Assembly (NCBI GenBank): GCA_034530875.2
Contig: JAVRCJ020000025.1
Span: 1 to 64,000, forward strand
DNA length: 64,000 nt
From: Nostoc sp. DedSLP01
Lineage (GTDB): Bacteria; Cyanobacteriota; Cyanobacteriia; Cyanobacteriales; Nostocaceae
Direction of reading: 5' to 3'
Numbering within the stretch: the stretch's first letter is position 1; every line of letters begins with the position of its first letter. Under the pieces are notes generated by a model. That model was not told the DNA's origin. It was given only the letters and a program-made list of their open reading frames with translations, and ran no database searches. A program made the position numbers and the translations under genes. Shown one piece after another: positions 19,784 through 31,694 of the stretch.

Positions 19784-20791
19784 TCATTCATCTCTAATTA
19801 GCAAGACAATTTTACCCGTTACAGTCCCACTTTCAAGTAATTGGTGAGCTTTCGCGGCTGCTTCTAAAGGAAACTTGTGACTAACGTGAATTTTTAACTT
19901 ACCTTCATCAATCCAGTTGGCACATTGTTCGAGAATTTCTGCATGATGATGGAGACTCTCTTCTAATCCTAGCAATGCTGGTGTCAGCATTAATTCTAAG
20001 CCGATGCGAAGATTGCGGGTTCTGGCAGTTTTCCAAACAGTCTTGGGATCTGGTTCGAGAATCGTCACAATATCGCCATATACGCGTACTGCGGGAAAAG
20101 TTTTTTCAAAAGTTTCGCCGCCTACAGTATCAAAAGCCAACTCTACGCCTTCGCCGTTAGTCCAATCTAATACCGCTTGTACAAAGTCAGTTTCTTTGTA
20201 GAAAATAGCTTTGTCAGCGCCTAATTGTTTGACAAAATTCGCTTTTTCTTGAGAACCTACGGTAGTAGAAACACTAGCACCTTTGAGTTTTGCTAATTGA
20301 ATTGCTACATGACCGACGCCACCAGCGCCGGCATGAATCAAAACCCGTTCTCCAGGTGCTAATCTTCCCCGTTCGTATAAAGCTTCCCAAGCTGTGATTA
20401 AGACTAAAGGTGCTGCTGCTGCTTCGGCAAAGGAGATGGATGCAGGTTTGCGCGCTACAAAGCGTTCGTCTACAACGGTATATTCAGCATAATTGCCTTG
20501 GTGTGCGCCTAAACCGCCATAGCAAAAATATACTTCATCGCCTGGGCGAAAACGTTCTACGCCAGCACCTACAGCCTCGACAATACCTGCACCATCACAT
20601 CCTAAAATACTTGGCAGGCGATCGCTGTAAAAAGTACCTCGGCTACGAAGTTTGGTATCAATAGGGTTAATACCAGCGGCGACTAAGCGTACTAAAAGTT
20701 CGGTATATCCTACGGGAACAGCAGGGTTTGGTACGTCCTGTACTTGCAGAACTTCCGGACTGCCTGCTGCTGTCATCAAGACTGCTTTCAC
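19784..20791 (-). CDS. Zinc-independent MDR / quinone oxidoreductase family protein
   Basis: INPIDTK, GCDGAG, VLIHAGAGGVG and TGKIVL. Confidence 0.9.
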   Translation of the reverse strand: MKAVLMTAAGSPEVLQVQDVPNPAVPVGYTELLVRLVAAGINPIDTKLRSRGTFYSDRLPSILGCDGAGIVEAVGAGVERFRPGDEVYFCYGGLGAHQGNYAEYTVVDERFVARKPASISFAEAAAAPLVLITAWEALYERGRLAPGERVLIHAGAGGVGHVAIQLAKLKGASVSTTVGSQEKANFVKQLGADKAIFYKETDFVQAVLDWTNGEGVELAFDTVGGETFEKTFPAVRVYGDIVTILEPDPKTVWKTARTRNLRIGLELMLTPALLGLEESLHHHAEILEQCANWIDEGKLKIHVSHKFPLEAAAKAHQLLESGTVTGKIVLLIRDE

Positions 20792-20955
20792 GGCTCTTTC
20801 CTCCTGACTTAAAAAAGGGTGTGGGGTGTGGGGTGTAGGGTGTAGAGAATATTCCTTGTTTTATGCATGGTAGTGAAATTTATTTCATTGCGGCTGCTTC
20901 TAGATGCACGGTTATTTGCAACTTTACCGCAATTGGACGGACACAAAATGATGTT

Positions 20956-22575
20956 TTATCTGATTACTAAATCAATTCCACCCATCCAGCGGCCAATTTC
21001 ATCGCGGTTAGTATGTGCTATTGGCTTCATTGGCGAAAGTTGTCCTTTATAGATTGCACCAATGCGATCGCACAATGCAAACAATTCATCCAAATCTTCA
21101 GAAATCACCAGCACTGCTGCACCCGTATCTCGCATTTCAATCAATGCTTCATGAATTCTCATAGTGGCGTTTACATCTACACCCCAACTCGGATGTGCTG
21201 CAATCAATACTGCTGGATTTTGGTGTATCTCGCGCCCCATAATAAACTTTTGTAAGTTGCCCCCTGATAAACTACCAGCCGCAGAATTTAACCCTGCTTG
21301 ACTCACATTGAAGGCATCACAAATTCTTTGAGTCCAGTTTTTTAACTTGCGAAAGCGAATTATTCCCCGCCTTACCAAACCTTGTTCGTGGGCTGTCAGT
21401 AAAGCATTTTCCAGTAAACTTAAACTTGACACCACACTTTTTTCTAAACGTTCTTCTGGAATATATCCCAATCCCAAACGCCTACGTTTAGTAACCCCAA
21501 TTTTCCCTATTGGCATCTCACCCAGCATAATCATTTCAGCCTGGGGAGAGATAATTTCACCACTCAAAGCTGATATTAATTCTGTCTGTCCATTCCCTGC
21601 TACTCCAGCAATACCAACGATTTCGCCTGTGTGAATTTGAAAATTAATGTTGTGCAAAGTTGTGCCGTAAGGATTTTGCGGTTTGAGATCTAAATCCTTA
21701 ACCAGCAAGCAAACTGGCCCTGGGGGGGATGGGGGAGTGTGGGAAGTGTGGGAAGTGTGGGGGGATGGGGGAGTGTGGGGAGTGTGGGGAGAAATAGAAT
21801 TTATGCTTCCCCTTCTTTCCCTTCCTCCCACACCTCCCACACCTCCTAATGCCCCATTCCCAGACATCATTCTCACAAGATTAGCTGGCGTCTCTGCTTG
21901 CGGGTTACAGTGGGCTACTACTTGACCTTGACGCAGGACTGTAGCACGGGTGCATAAAGATTGCACCTCTGGCAACTTGTGGCTGCTGAATAAAATACTG
22001 CAACCATCAGCAGCGATTTGCTGTAAAGTAGCGAACAGCGTTTCTGTTTCTTGAGGAGTGAGAACGGCTGTTGGTTCGTCCAAAATCAGTAATTTTGCTC
22101 GTCGGTAGAGACACCGGAGAATTTCCACGCGTTGTTTTTCGCCAACTGAAAGACTATGAACGGGGCGATCGCAATCTATATTTAAACCATATACTGCTGA
22201 TAGGATAATAATTCTTTTGGCAACTGCTGATAAATTCCATCTTTCGCTAGCAGGCAATGTCAGGGCAATATTTTCTGTAACAGTCAGCGTTTCAAATAAA
22301 TTAAAATGCTGAAATACCATTCCAATTAACAGAGATATTGCCTCGGCTGGACTATTAATATTAACCTGCCGCCCTTCCCAAAAAACTTCACCAGCATCCG
22401 GACGTACTAAACCATAGATAATCTTCATCAGGGTACTCTTTCCAGCTCCATTTTCACCTAAAAGAGCATGAATTTCTCCCCCTTTAATTGCCAAGTTCAC
22501 CCGATTATTCGCCACACAGACAGTATATGATTTACTAATATTTTTCACCTCCAACCGATAAACTGAGCTATTCAT
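20956..22575 (-). CDS. CUT2-type (nucleoside/purine) ABC transporter ATP-binding protein, two ATPase domains
   Basis: GENGAGKST, LSVGEKQRVEI, DEPT, GVAGNGQ and LSGGNLQK. An STRR-derived insert sits in the linker. Confidence 0.9.
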   Translation of the reverse strand: MNSSVYRLEVKNISKSYTVCVANNRVNLAIKGGEIHALLGENGAGKSTLMKIIYGLVRPDAGEVFWEGRQVNINSPAEAISLLIGMVFQHFNLFETLTVTENIALTLPASERWNLSAVAKRIIILSAVYGLNIDCDRPVHSLSVGEKQRVEILRCLYRRAKLLILDEPTAVLTPQETETLFATLQQIAADGCSILFSSHKLPEVQSLCTRATVLRQGQVVAHCNPQAETPANLVRMMSGNGALGGVGGVGGRERRGSINSISPHTPHTPPSPHTSHTSHTPPSPPGPVCLLVKDLDLKPQNPYGTTLHNINFQIHTGEIVGIAGVAGNGQTELISALSGEIISPQAEMIMLGEMPIGKIGVTKRRRLGLGYIPEERLEKSVVSSLSLLENALLTAHEQGLVRRGIIRFRKLKNWTQRICDAFNVSQAGLNSAAGSLSGGNLQKFIMGREIHQNPAVLIAAHPSWGVDVNATMRIHEALIEMRDTGAAVLVISEDLDELFALCDRIGAIYKGQLSPMKPIAHTNRDEIGRWMGGIDLVIR

Positions 22576-22639
22576 TTATTTCTCCTCACAAGAATTCAGA
22601 ATTCGGAATTCAAAATCATAATATTATTGAATAATACTA

Positions 22640-22774
22640 ATATCAAGTTCGCTTAATTACTTATAAATCCTGAAACACCCCACCCGCCTTACGGCACCCT
22701 CCCCTTAGCAAGGGGAGGGTTGGGGTGGGGTAACGCGAGGACTGCAATCATAACTAATCATCCCAACTTGATAT
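22640..22774. mobile_element. MITE-like element enclosing a REP-like palindrome
   Basis: Termini ATATCAAGTT / AACTTGATAT with an internal CCCTCCCCTTAGCAAGGGGAGGG cruciform. Confidence 0.65.
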
Positions 22775-22878
22775 AAGACAATATCGCAGAAAAAAATATC
22801 TATTTTAAATCTCTAAACCCCTTATGCATCAGGAATTACGAATTACGAATTACGAATTATGAATTACACAAAGCGTTA

Positions 22879-24039
22879 CTAAGATTTTGCTTTAGGAATC
22901 GATCCTTCAATTCCTTCAACATACCAATTCATCGTTAGTTGTTGCTTATCATCTAATACTTTACCTTTTGGGACTCGCACGATACCTTTTTGGTCTTTCA
23001 CCGGGCCATCAAAAGGATGTGCAGTACCTTGAATAAACTCGTCGCGCTTGGCATTTACTAATTGTTGCACATCAGCTGGAATCGCCTGATTCATTGGAGA
23101 AATATCCACCATTCCTTGACCGATACCATCCCAAACGTCTTGAGATTTCCAAGTATTATTAATTACATCCAAAGCTTTATCTGTATAAAATTTGCCCCAT
23201 TTATTAATAGCTGAGGTTAGGTGAGCTTTTTGACCGAACTTGCTCATATCGGTGTTATAGCCAAAAGCATAAATGCCTTTTTCTTCAGCCAATTGGACAA
23301 CAGCACCAGAGTCGGTATGCTGCGTCAGCACATCTGCACCCAAATTAACCAAAGCTTGAGCCGCTTCTCTTTCTTTAGCTGGATCGTACCAAGTTTGCGC
23401 CCAGACTACTTTAAGTTTTGCCCGAAGATTTGTTAAACGCATTCCTTGAGCAAATGCACTAATTCCCCGAATTACTTCCGGAATTGGGTATGCGCCAACA
23501 AAACCAACTACATTTGATTTTGTCATCTCGCCAGCAATCATACCGGTTAAGTAACGCGGTTCTTCAAAGCGTCCCAAATACGTGCCAACATTAGCAGCAC
23601 GTTTGTATCCCGTACAGTGTTCAAAGATAATATTAGGAAACTCCTTAGCAACTTTTATTGTTGGGTTCATGTAGCCAAAGGAAGTTGTAAAAATCAACTT
23701 GTTGCCATCTAATGCTAATTGGCGAATTACTCTTTCAGCATCAGCACCTTCATTCACATTTTCCACAAAGGTAGTTTTTACCTTGTCTTGAAGATTGGCT
23801 TCCATCTGCCTGCGGCCTAAATCGTGAGCATAAGTCCAGCCATAATCACCCACAGGCCCCACATAAACAAATCCCACTTTTAGAGGTTCATTTACTTGTA
23901 CAGGCGACGCCGAAGGAGATACTTCACCCGTTGAATTGGAATTTCTGCCTTGAATGCAACTAGTTAAGGCAAAGCTAGATCCTGCTAAAGTAACATAGTT
24001 GAGAAATTTCCGACGATCCATAAGATCTATATTTATCAA
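22879..24039 (-). CDS. BMP family ABC substrate-binding lipoprotein (purine/nucleoside type)
   Basis: Tat-like DRRKFL plus lipobox LTSC; VGFVYVGPVGDYGW and QHTDS. The start may be at MDRR. Confidence 0.9.
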   Translation of the reverse strand: MINIDLMDRRKFLNYVTLAGSSFALTSCIQGRNSNSTGEVSPSASPVQVNEPLKVGFVYVGPVGDYGWTYAHDLGRRQMEANLQDKVKTTFVENVNEGADAERVIRQLALDGNKLIFTTSFGYMNPTIKVAKEFPNIIFEHCTGYKRAANVGTYLGRFEEPRYLTGMIAGEMTKSNVVGFVGAYPIPEVIRGISAFAQGMRLTNLRAKLKVVWAQTWYDPAKEREAAQALVNLGADVLTQHTDSGAVVQLAEEKGIYAFGYNTDMSKFGQKAHLTSAINKWGKFYTDKALDVINNTWKSQDVWDGIGQGMVDISPMNQAIPADVQQLVNAKRDEFIQGTAHPFDGPVKDQKGIVRVPKGKVLDDKQQLTMNWYVEGIEGSIPKAKS

Positions 24040-24267
24040 TTTGATTGAGCTGCTGAAAAAATATTCTCTAATTTATTGGTAGCGACAGACACAATATTTA
24101 CTTAATTTTAGCTTTTAATTTTTGGGCAATGGGCATGGGGCATTGGGCATTGGGCAAGCAAGGAGTGTGGGAGGATAAAGAAGAAATCTTTCCCCCTCTC
24201 TCCCCACACTTCCCTGCCCCCACTCCCCATTCCCTACTCCCTACTCCCTTTCTCACGAGGTTTTGAA

Positions 24268-25767
24268 ATGAATTTATTTACGCTTTTAGCAGGAGAAGAT
24301 AATCATTTAGCCTTGGTTACTCTTGAGGGGCGATCGCTAACTTACAAACAACTGCGCGAAAATGTTACTGGGCTAGTATCCCAACTCCACAGCTTTGGCA
24401 TCAAACCAGGAGAACGCATTGCCATTGCTATGAATAATGGTTCGCCAATGGCAATTACTTTTTTGGCTGCTGCTTTGTCTGGCACAGCGGCACCTTTAAA
24501 TCCCAAATACAAGCAAGAAGAATTTGCCTTCTACTACGCAGATACCCAAGCAAAAGCACTAATTACTCTATCTGAGGAACCAGAAGCGGCCATTGCTGCC
24601 CTCAGACCAGATATGATGCTGATTCATGCCAAAGTCAATATTGACGGTACTTTGAGTTTTGAATTGGGGACTGGGGACTGGGGACTGGGGACTGGGGACT
24701 GGGAAGATGTTGGAGACGATGATATAGCGATGATTCTCCACACTAGCGGCACCACGAGTCGTCCCAAGCGGGTGCCCATTCGTCATCGTAACCTCATAGC
24801 TTCTGCTAACAACATCGTTGGTGCTTACTCACTCACAGCAGCCGACACGACACTTTGCTTAATGCCCCTATTCCACGTTCACGGTTTGGTGGGCTGTTTG
24901 CTGTCAACTCTTGCATCTGGCGGTAAGCTAGTTTGTCCGGATGGTTTTAACGCCCTTGAGTTTTGGAAACTGGTAGATATCTACAAACCTACCTGGTACT
25001 CCGCAGCACCAACTATGCATCAGACGATTTTGGCACGGGCTAGCCGCAATACAGAAATTGTCCAAGCAAATCGCTTCCGTTTTATTCGCTCTAGCAGTGC
25101 TTCTTTGCCCCCGATTATTATCGAACAAATGGAGGCAACTCTTAATGCTCCTGTGGTGGAATCTTACAGCATGACTGAAGCATCCCACTTAATGACTACT
25201 AACCCCTTACCGCCAAAAGTCCGCAAACCGGGTACTGTCGGTTATGGCTTTGGTGTAGAAGTCGGCATTATGGACTCGGAAGGTAATCTCCTTCCCCAAG
25301 GCAGCTTGGACGAAGTGGTGGTAAAAGCACCAAATGTCATTGACGGCTATGAAAATAACCCAGAAGCCAACGCCACAGCTTTTGTAAATGGTTGGTTCCG
25401 CACAGGCGATCGAGGCACAATTGACGAAGATGGCTATCTGCGCCTGACTGGACGGATAAAAGAATTGATTAATCGCGGTGGGGAAAAAATTTCTCCCTTA
25501 GAAGTTGATGATATTTTGCTACGCCATCCCGCCGTCGCTGAAGCTTTAGCCTTTGCTGTTCCCCACAAATCTCTAGGAGAAGATATCCATGCGGCTGTTG
25601 TCCTCAAAGCAGAAGTTAGCGAAAAAGAACTTTTAGCCCACTGTTCAAAAATGCTAGCAAACTTCAAAGTTCCCAAGCAAATTCACATTTTAGAGCAACT
25701 ACCCCGTGGTGCTACTGGGAAACTGCAACGGTTAGCGATGGCGAAGTTGCTTGGTATAGGCGAATAA
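24268..25767 (+). CDS. Acyl-CoA synthetase, oxalate--CoA ligase-like (AAE3/Pcs60 type)
   Basis: LHTSGTTSRPKRVP, MPLFHVHGL, FIRSSSASL, YSMTEASH and NRGGEKISP. Confidence 0.85.
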   Translation: MNLFTLLAGEDNHLALVTLEGRSLTYKQLRENVTGLVSQLHSFGIKPGERIAIAMNNGSPMAITFLAAALSGTAAPLNPKYKQEEFAFYYADTQAKALITLSEEPEAAIAALRPDMMLIHAKVNIDGTLSFELGTGDWGLGTGDWEDVGDDDIAMILHTSGTTSRPKRVPIRHRNLIASANNIVGAYSLTAADTTLCLMPLFHVHGLVGCLLSTLASGGKLVCPDGFNALEFWKLVDIYKPTWYSAAPTMHQTILARASRNTEIVQANRFRFIRSSSASLPPIIIEQMEATLNAPVVESYSMTEASHLMTTNPLPPKVRKPGTVGYGFGVEVGIMDSEGNLLPQGSLDEVVVKAPNVIDGYENNPEANATAFVNGWFRTGDRGTIDEDGYLRLTGRIKELINRGGEKISPLEVDDILLRHPAVAEALAFAVPHKSLGEDIHAAVVLKAEVSEKELLAHCSKMLANFKVPKQIHILEQLPRGATGKLQRLAMAKLLGIGE

Positions 25768-25918
25768 GAAGTGTGGGATACAAAGGCAGTGCGACTGTCT
25801 CGGCTGCTTTCCAGTCCCTTTTATTTCTTCACAAGTTTCTCAACTTTTTCTTCTAGCCTCAAAAGTAGATCCAGGTTAGCTATTGTTAGCGCTCAGAGAG
25901 TTTGGCAGGAAGTAGAAG

Positions 25919-27245
<1,327 letters not shown>

Positions 27246-27366
27246 AGGATTTTATGGGGGTGGGGAGTGGGGAGTGGGGAGTGGGGAATAGGGAATCGGG
27301 AGTGAGGAAAAACCATATCCCTGATTTACCTTATCTGTCCCTACTCCCCACTCACCAGTCCCAAAA

Positions 27367-28527
27367 CTAAAAGACATCAGCAGGGTCAGCAGCTCGCAGC
27401 TTTCGGATTGCGATCGCCCCAGAGAAACTACACATAATCGCAGTCAAAATCCAGACGGATATCGCTCGTTCGAGCTTCATAAAAATAGGTAGCATCGTCG
27501 CACCGGCAGCAAGTTGATACAACCCAAAAGAAAGGATTAATGCAGGGAAGAAACCCAAAACGGCTAAAAATAAGGCTTCTTGGAACAAGACTCCCAAAAG
27601 ATAGCGATCGGTGTATCCCATTGCTTTGAGGGTGGCGTATTCTGGCAAATGGTCAGAGACGTCTGAATAAAGTATTTGGTAGACAATAACAATACCAACG
27701 ATGAATCCGACTGCTGTACCTAAACCGAAGATAAAACCAATGGCAGTACCGGCTTCCCAGTATTTTCTTTCGATTTGGGCAAATTCTTCTGGAGTCAGGA
27801 CTTTGACATCTTTGGGTAGTGCTGAGACAAGTTGCGATTGGACTTTTTTGGCATCGGCACCTTGTTTGAGAGTAATTAATCCAACTGTGATGCGATCGGG
27901 TTTACTATCTGGGAATAGTTGCAAAAAGGTAGAATCACTGGTGATGACATTACCATCAGCAGCAAAAGAAGCACCATCAGTAAATAAGCCTTTCACGGAG
28001 ACAAGTTTATCATTCAGTTCTGTCTGAAAGTTGCCTGTTTGATTAAAAGTCTCGGCAACTGTTCCGAATTCCGGACGCCCGGCTTGGTCAAACAGAACTT
28101 GATACAGCTGTTTGAGCTGGTGTTGATTTTGTTTGATTTCGGCAGGTTTGAATGCAGGTTGCGTAGGATCGATACCCCAAACTAAAATAGCGCGTTCGAG
28201 ACGCGTTTCTGGATTTCGCCACTGTGCGGTGCTGATGTAGACAGAATTCACTGACTGAACGCCGTCGTAACCCAATGTTTGGTACAGTCGCTCTCGAGAA
28301 AAATGTTTCACTGAGAACAAAGTTTGAAATTGGGGATTAATCAAAACTAAATCCGCTTGTAAATTGCGATGGGGTTTGATGGCTGCATCGAACAGCGCAC
28401 TTTCAAATCCCAACTGAATGAACATCAATAAATCAGCAAAAGTAATACCTGCCACTGCAACAGCCAGACGCGTTTTTTCTTTCATTAGCTGCCGCCATGC
28501 TAGGGGCGTTTTACGAAAAAGCTTCAT
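27367..28527 (-). CDS. DevC family ABC exporter permease
   Basis: RKTPLAWRQL, YQILYSDVSDHLPEYATLKAMG and C-terminal ADPADVF. Start reset to MKLFRK; the upstream extension is STRR. Confidence 0.92.
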   Translation of the reverse strand: MKLFRKTPLAWRQLMKEKTRLAVAVAGITFADLLMFIQLGFESALFDAAIKPHRNLQADLVLINPQFQTLFSVKHFSRERLYQTLGYDGVQSVNSVYISTAQWRNPETRLERAILVWGIDPTQPAFKPAEIKQNQHQLKQLYQVLFDQAGRPEFGTVAETFNQTGNFQTELNDKLVSVKGLFTDGASFAADGNVITSDSTFLQLFPDSKPDRITVGLITLKQGADAKKVQSQLVSALPKDVKVLTPEEFAQIERKYWEAGTAIGFIFGLGTAVGFIVGIVIVYQILYSDVSDHLPEYATLKAMGYTDRYLLGVLFQEALFLAVLGFFPALILSFGLYQLAAGATMLPIFMKLERAISVWILTAIMCSFSGAIAIRKLRAADPADVF

Positions 28528-28695
28528 AGTTGGGGATTGGTGATTGGGAATTGGGCATGGGGCAAGGGGCAAAGGGCAAGGGGTAAAGGGCAAAGGGCAA
28601 AGGGAATAAACCCAACATGCATCCCTTTTCCCTTTCACATGCATCCCCTGTCTTTACCCCTTTTCCCTACCCGAAGGGTTTTGCCCTAGTTTCTT

Positions 28696-29985
28696 TTACA
28701 ATTCAATTGCTGTCTGTACCTGTAAGTTGGTTAAACCTGCAACTTGCTTGCTCTCTTGAGGATTGAGGCGAATTTTCACTTCAATAACTCGGCGATCGAG
28801 GTTTTCACCAGGCTGGTTGCTAAAAACGTTTTGTCTAATGACTTGGCGGCCAATTTGGGCAACGGTTCCTCGCAGTTCTCCGACAAATGCCTGACTGGTA
28901 ATTACTGCCTTTTGTCCTAGTTTCACTTTAGCGATGTCGGTTTGATAAACTTCTGCTACTGCCATCATTTGGTCATTTGGCGCTAACTCTGCAATCCCAG
29001 ACTCGCTAATTTTTTCTCCGACTCGCGTGTGAATTTTAATGATTTGTCCGGCTATCGGTGCTTTAATGTAAGCTCCCGCTAACTCGGTTTGGGCGTGTTT
29101 GAGTGTGGCGATCGCATTTTCAACTTCTGTCTTGGCAGCAGCAACATCTACGCCTCGGACTTCTGCAATACTGGTGAGTGTCGCTTTGGCTTCGCTGACT
29201 TGCTTGTTACCGGTGGTGTTGGTGCGGGCAAGTACTGCTTTAGCTTCGGCGAGTTGTTTGCTAGCAGTGGTGTTAATCCGGTTGAGAACTGCTTTAGCTT
29301 CGTCTAATTGCTGTTTGGCAGTTTCTACGCTGAGATTTTTACTGTCATACAAAGAATTAGAAATAGCTCCTTCGGAATATAGTTGCTGATAGCGTTGATA
29401 TTCAGCTTCGGCATTTTTCAGTTCTGCCTCTAGTTTTTTAATAGTTGCTTCTTGAGCGATTTTATCTCCTTGCCACTGTGCTTCTATGCGGGCGATCGCT
29501 TGCTGTTGTTCTGTGATATCTCCTTGGGACTGGGCTTGCAGGCGTTCGATGCTCGCTTCTTGGGCTTGAATTTCTCCCGCTTTGGCTCCAGCTTCTACTT
29601 GAGCGAGTTTAGCTTGGGCGACTTTGACTTGTTTTTCGGCTTGTAGTACGGCTGTTTGCAAGCGATCGCGCGCGTCTAAAATTGCCACCACTTGTCCGGG
29701 TTTAGTGCGATCGCCTTCTTTGACGAGAATTTGAGCAACGCGATCGCCATCCAACGCCAAGGGCGCAAACAAGCTAATTACTTCGGCTTCTGGTTCTAGT
29801 CGTCCTAAGGCAGTCACCTTTTGACTTGAGGGTGTAGTTTTTATTGGCTCAGATGAGGCTGTTTGATTAACCTGTCCAAACTGAGAAACTCCATAAAAAA
29901 CAATTGTGCCTGTAATTGCAGTGGCTGCGATGGTTAATGGAATTAACCATTTATTGCCAGCTTTTGATGATATTTTTACAACCAT
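28696..29985 (-). CDS. DevB family membrane fusion protein
   Basis: VTALGRLEP, a long coiled coil, AEVYQTDI and AGLTNLQV. Confidence 0.92.
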   Translation of the reverse strand: MVVKISSKAGNKWLIPLTIAATAITGTIVFYGVSQFGQVNQTASSEPIKTTPSSQKVTALGRLEPEAEVISLFAPLALDGDRVAQILVKEGDRTKPGQVVAILDARDRLQTAVLQAEKQVKVAQAKLAQVEAGAKAGEIQAQEASIERLQAQSQGDITEQQQAIARIEAQWQGDKIAQEATIKKLEAELKNAEAEYQRYQQLYSEGAISNSLYDSKNLSVETAKQQLDEAKAVLNRINTTASKQLAEAKAVLARTNTTGNKQVSEAKATLTSIAEVRGVDVAAAKTEVENAIATLKHAQTELAGAYIKAPIAGQIIKIHTRVGEKISESGIAELAPNDQMMAVAEVYQTDIAKVKLGQKAVITSQAFVGELRGTVAQIGRQVIRQNVFSNQPGENLDRRVIEVKIRLNPQESKQVAGLTNLQVQTAIEL

Positions 29986-30047
29986 ATCTTTTGTTTTCCT
30001 AATTTTTTTAGCGTATTAACTCAGTTGATAGTGTTATTCAAAAATTA

Positions 30048-30644
30048 TCAATTATCTGAAGCCAATTGATAATTAGTAGTTTGTGGTAAATATGCTGCTA
30101 GCATTTTGCCTAATAACGTACATTGCTCAATAAAATCGATTTCCTGATTGCCCCATAACTTTTCTAAAATTAAACCGCTAACAAAACTCAAAATAAACGA
30201 AGCTAGCACCTTATCGTGGCACTTTAATAAATCGCATACAGCCTGTTGATATTGCTTATTATTATGTTTAAAAATACTATTATTTTGTATATTACTAATA
30301 TCTTGATGCTGACAAAAATCAATCCAAATATAAGTCCATTTAATAAAATAGTCTTCATTCTTCACTAAGTATCTTCCTAGTGCTTCCATTGTCTCTTGTA
30401 GCGTTTGCGCCCCTTCTAATTCAGCTAAAGCCCCACTTAAATCTTGCTCGCATATTTCTTGGGCTAGTTGCTCAAACAACCCTTGTTTGCTGGGGAAGTA
30501 GTGGTATAACGTCCCCGTAGAAACCCCTAAGCCTTCAGCAATTTGGCGCATCGTGATGGAGCCATAACCTTTTTCGGCAAATAAATCAAAGGACTTTCCC
30601 AGCAGTTCTTTGCGGTACTGCTCGCGGTCAACAATTTTAGGCAT
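30048..30644 (-). CDS. TetR/AcrR family transcriptional regulator
   Basis: MPKIVD...GYGSITMRQIAEGLGVSTGTLYHYFPSK. Confidence 0.93.
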   Translation of the reverse strand: MPKIVDREQYRKELLGKSFDLFAEKGYGSITMRQIAEGLGVSTGTLYHYFPSKQGLFEQLAQEICEQDLSGALAELEGAQTLQETMEALGRYLVKNEDYFIKWTYIWIDFCQHQDISNIQNNSIFKHNNKQYQQAVCDLLKCHDKVLASFILSFVSGLILEKLWGNQEIDFIEQCTLLGKMLAAYLPQTTNYQLASDN

Positions 30645-30657
30645 GGCTGAGATAATT

Positions 30658-30677
30658 TATATCGAACGGTCGTTATA
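30658..30677. promoter_or_regulatory. Putative TetR operator
   Basis: TATATCGAACGGTCGTTATA, a 16/20 palindrome 13 nt upstream of the tetR start. Confidence 0.6.
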
Positions 30678-31062
30678 TTTTATCAGACCAGATTAGGCGC
30701 TCTTATGTCAAGACATAAATGGATGATTTAAATCGAACATGTAATATAGTTTAATCTACTTTTATTCTCCTAGATAGCTACGGGTATTATTTAATACGCA
30801 ACAAAAGCTATATTAATTTTTCTATATGTCAGCCCGATTTGATTGATAAACGATTATCTATTCCATACCTAAGTAAATAACTTCAAAAATCAAAGCTTAT
30901 TGCTTATATTGTTTTATCTGTTTATTTTACGTAACATAAAATTGACAGCCTAAGTATATACGCAATAAAATTATTATTGTTTCAGCTAAAGATACAGTGA
31001 AGTAAAAATAATTTCTTCAAAAAATAAAGACAAGCAATATACAAATAATTTGGATAAAACAA

Positions 31063-31416
31063 ATGAACACCAAAATTATTGCTTTGTTAGGAATTACGGC
31101 TGCCTTTGCCAGCTTAGGAAGCGCAGTCTACGGACAGTCATCACCATCAAGCTCAAATCTACAACAATACGCAATAACTGGAGATTCTCTAGTTGGAGTT
31201 GATAATAGAACAGCCCAAGATGACTTTAGAAGCTTTTTTGAGCAAACTAATCCAGCCAGCACATCTAACAATAATCAAAGAGACAATAAAACTCGAACTC
31301 CAATACGCTTTAACGAATCATTATCGCTGCCAGATAGTTCGGTTTTCTTAGCACCTGCTCAGTCTGGTAATGACAATGATGGAGTGCAAGTACAGTTAGA
31401 TTTAGACAGAAAATAA
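31063..31416 (+). CDS. Hypothetical secreted protein
   Basis: N-terminal signal peptide and a low-complexity S/N-rich body. Confidence 0.65.
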   Translation: MNTKIIALLGITAAFASLGSAVYGQSSPSSSNLQQYAITGDSLVGVDNRTAQDDFRSFFEQTNPASTSNNNQRDNKTRTPIRFNESLSLPDSSVFLAPAQSGNDNDGVQVQLDLDRK

Positions 31417-31694
31417 TTTAGTCATTGGTCATTGGGTATTAGGAAAGCATTACGTTGGGCGGCTGTACGGAGTCGTTTGCCCAAAGGGTTCCTGCGCCCC
31501 TACGGAGAAGCAAGGCTGGGCGTAGGTTTTTGTCGGGAGAAGTTTAGTAAGTGGCGTTAGTTTGTTAGCAACGCAACTAATGACTAATGACCAATGATTA
31601 ATGACTAATTTCAATAATCTGGTTTATCTAGTGGATAATTGTGCAATGATTTTGCAGTAAAATTAGTCGTCTAGATACAGGAGGGCTTTTTGCG

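Noticed and set aside
22832..22868. GAATTAC tandem repeats and other heptamer tracts as a possible CRISPR array
   Set aside because: They are 7-nt tandem units without unique spacers, and no cas genes are present; these are STRRs.
28528..28644. N-terminal extension of DevC (also 63211-63312 of the HTH-GrpE gene)
   Set aside because: Encoded by STRR repeats; downstream ATGs match the family N-termini.
31440..31560. GC-richer segment with CCTACGGAGAAGCAAG as a possible ncRNA
   Set aside because: It looks like nested short dispersed repeat fragments between STRR tracts, with no recognisable RNA family fold.
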